Shown piece after piece: positions 57,165-57,230 of a stretch of 57,230 nt of DNA (the stretch's first letter is position 1; every line of letters starts with the position of its first letter). The DNA is taken from positions 1 through 57,230 of the forward strand of contig DAOWAN010000002.1 of assembly GCA_030634545.1 (NCBI GenBank). Reading direction: 5' to 3'. The notes beneath the pieces were generated by a model that was not told where the DNA came from, did no database searches, and was given only the letters and a program-made list of their open reading frames with translations. The DNA is from Candidatus Nanohalarchaeota archaeon (GTDB taxonomy: Archaea; EX4484-52; B79-G9). The position numbers were made by a program, and so were the translations under genes.

Positions 57165-57230
57165 ATGGTTAAAAGATTCTATTTCCAGATTAAAAGAAAC
57201 GTGCCAATGAGCAAAGCTGGTATGAAGTTA
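57165..57230 (+). repeat. 66-bp direct repeat, copy 2 (5' end of gene 198..620)
   Basis: One mismatch versus 198-263; last 51 nt identical to 213-263. Confidence 0.95.

Larger units (their letters stand above)
213..57179. mobile_element. Putative circular archaeal extrachromosomal element (enveloped-virus-like or plasmid/ICE-like), about 57 kb, probable DPANN host
   Basis: Terminal repeat of the 5' end of gene 198..620; no housekeeping genes; dense small ORFs; recombinase, HerA/FtsK-like ATPase and a membrane-protein module; archaeal promoters and SD sites. Confidence 0.75.

Noticed and set aside
1..57230. tRNA, rRNA or CRISPR loci
   Set aside because: No T-arm consensus within a cloverleaf, no rRNA-like GC-rich tract and no regularly spaced repeats were seen by eye

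Overview
The window reads as an almost complete, AT-rich, probably circular archaeal mobile element of about 57 kb, either an enveloped-virus-like genome or a plasmid/ICE-like element. The last 66 nt (57165-57230) repeat 198-263 with one synonymous mismatch. An archaeal host is indicated by BRE/TATA promoters about 25 nt upstream of leaderless genes and by GGTGA Shine-Dalgarno sites. TSP1-like, DNRLRE, LamG, beta-helix and DUF5667 surface proteins point, by inference, to a DPANN (Woesearchaeota/Pacearchaeota-like) host. Layout: (i) a + strand block at 53282-57230 plus 1-1468 with a HerA/FtsK/VirB4-like ATPase and a truncated serine recombinase; (ii) a - strand block of small accessory genes at about 1456-24724, including a GHKL ATPase-zincin fusion, a Topo VI-A-like Toprim protein, FkbM methyltransferase, HNH, ASCH, YopX, a transglutaminase-like protein and a Cdc6-type winged helix; (iii) a - strand membrane/surface block at 24921-52943 with about a dozen Lys-rich-tail membrane proteins, giant adhesins, a membrane-anchored JAMM protease and a CPBP-like protease. 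The most striking item is a gene at 33833-35740 that matches the archaeal fusexin Fsx1 (HAP2/GCS1 class II fusogen) pattern, has three C-terminal TM helices, and is interrupted by one in-frame TAA. I recognised no terminase, portal, HK97 or jelly-roll capsid, DNA polymerase, relaxase, tRNA or CRISPR array. All family calls come from motif recognition by eye, not from database searches.
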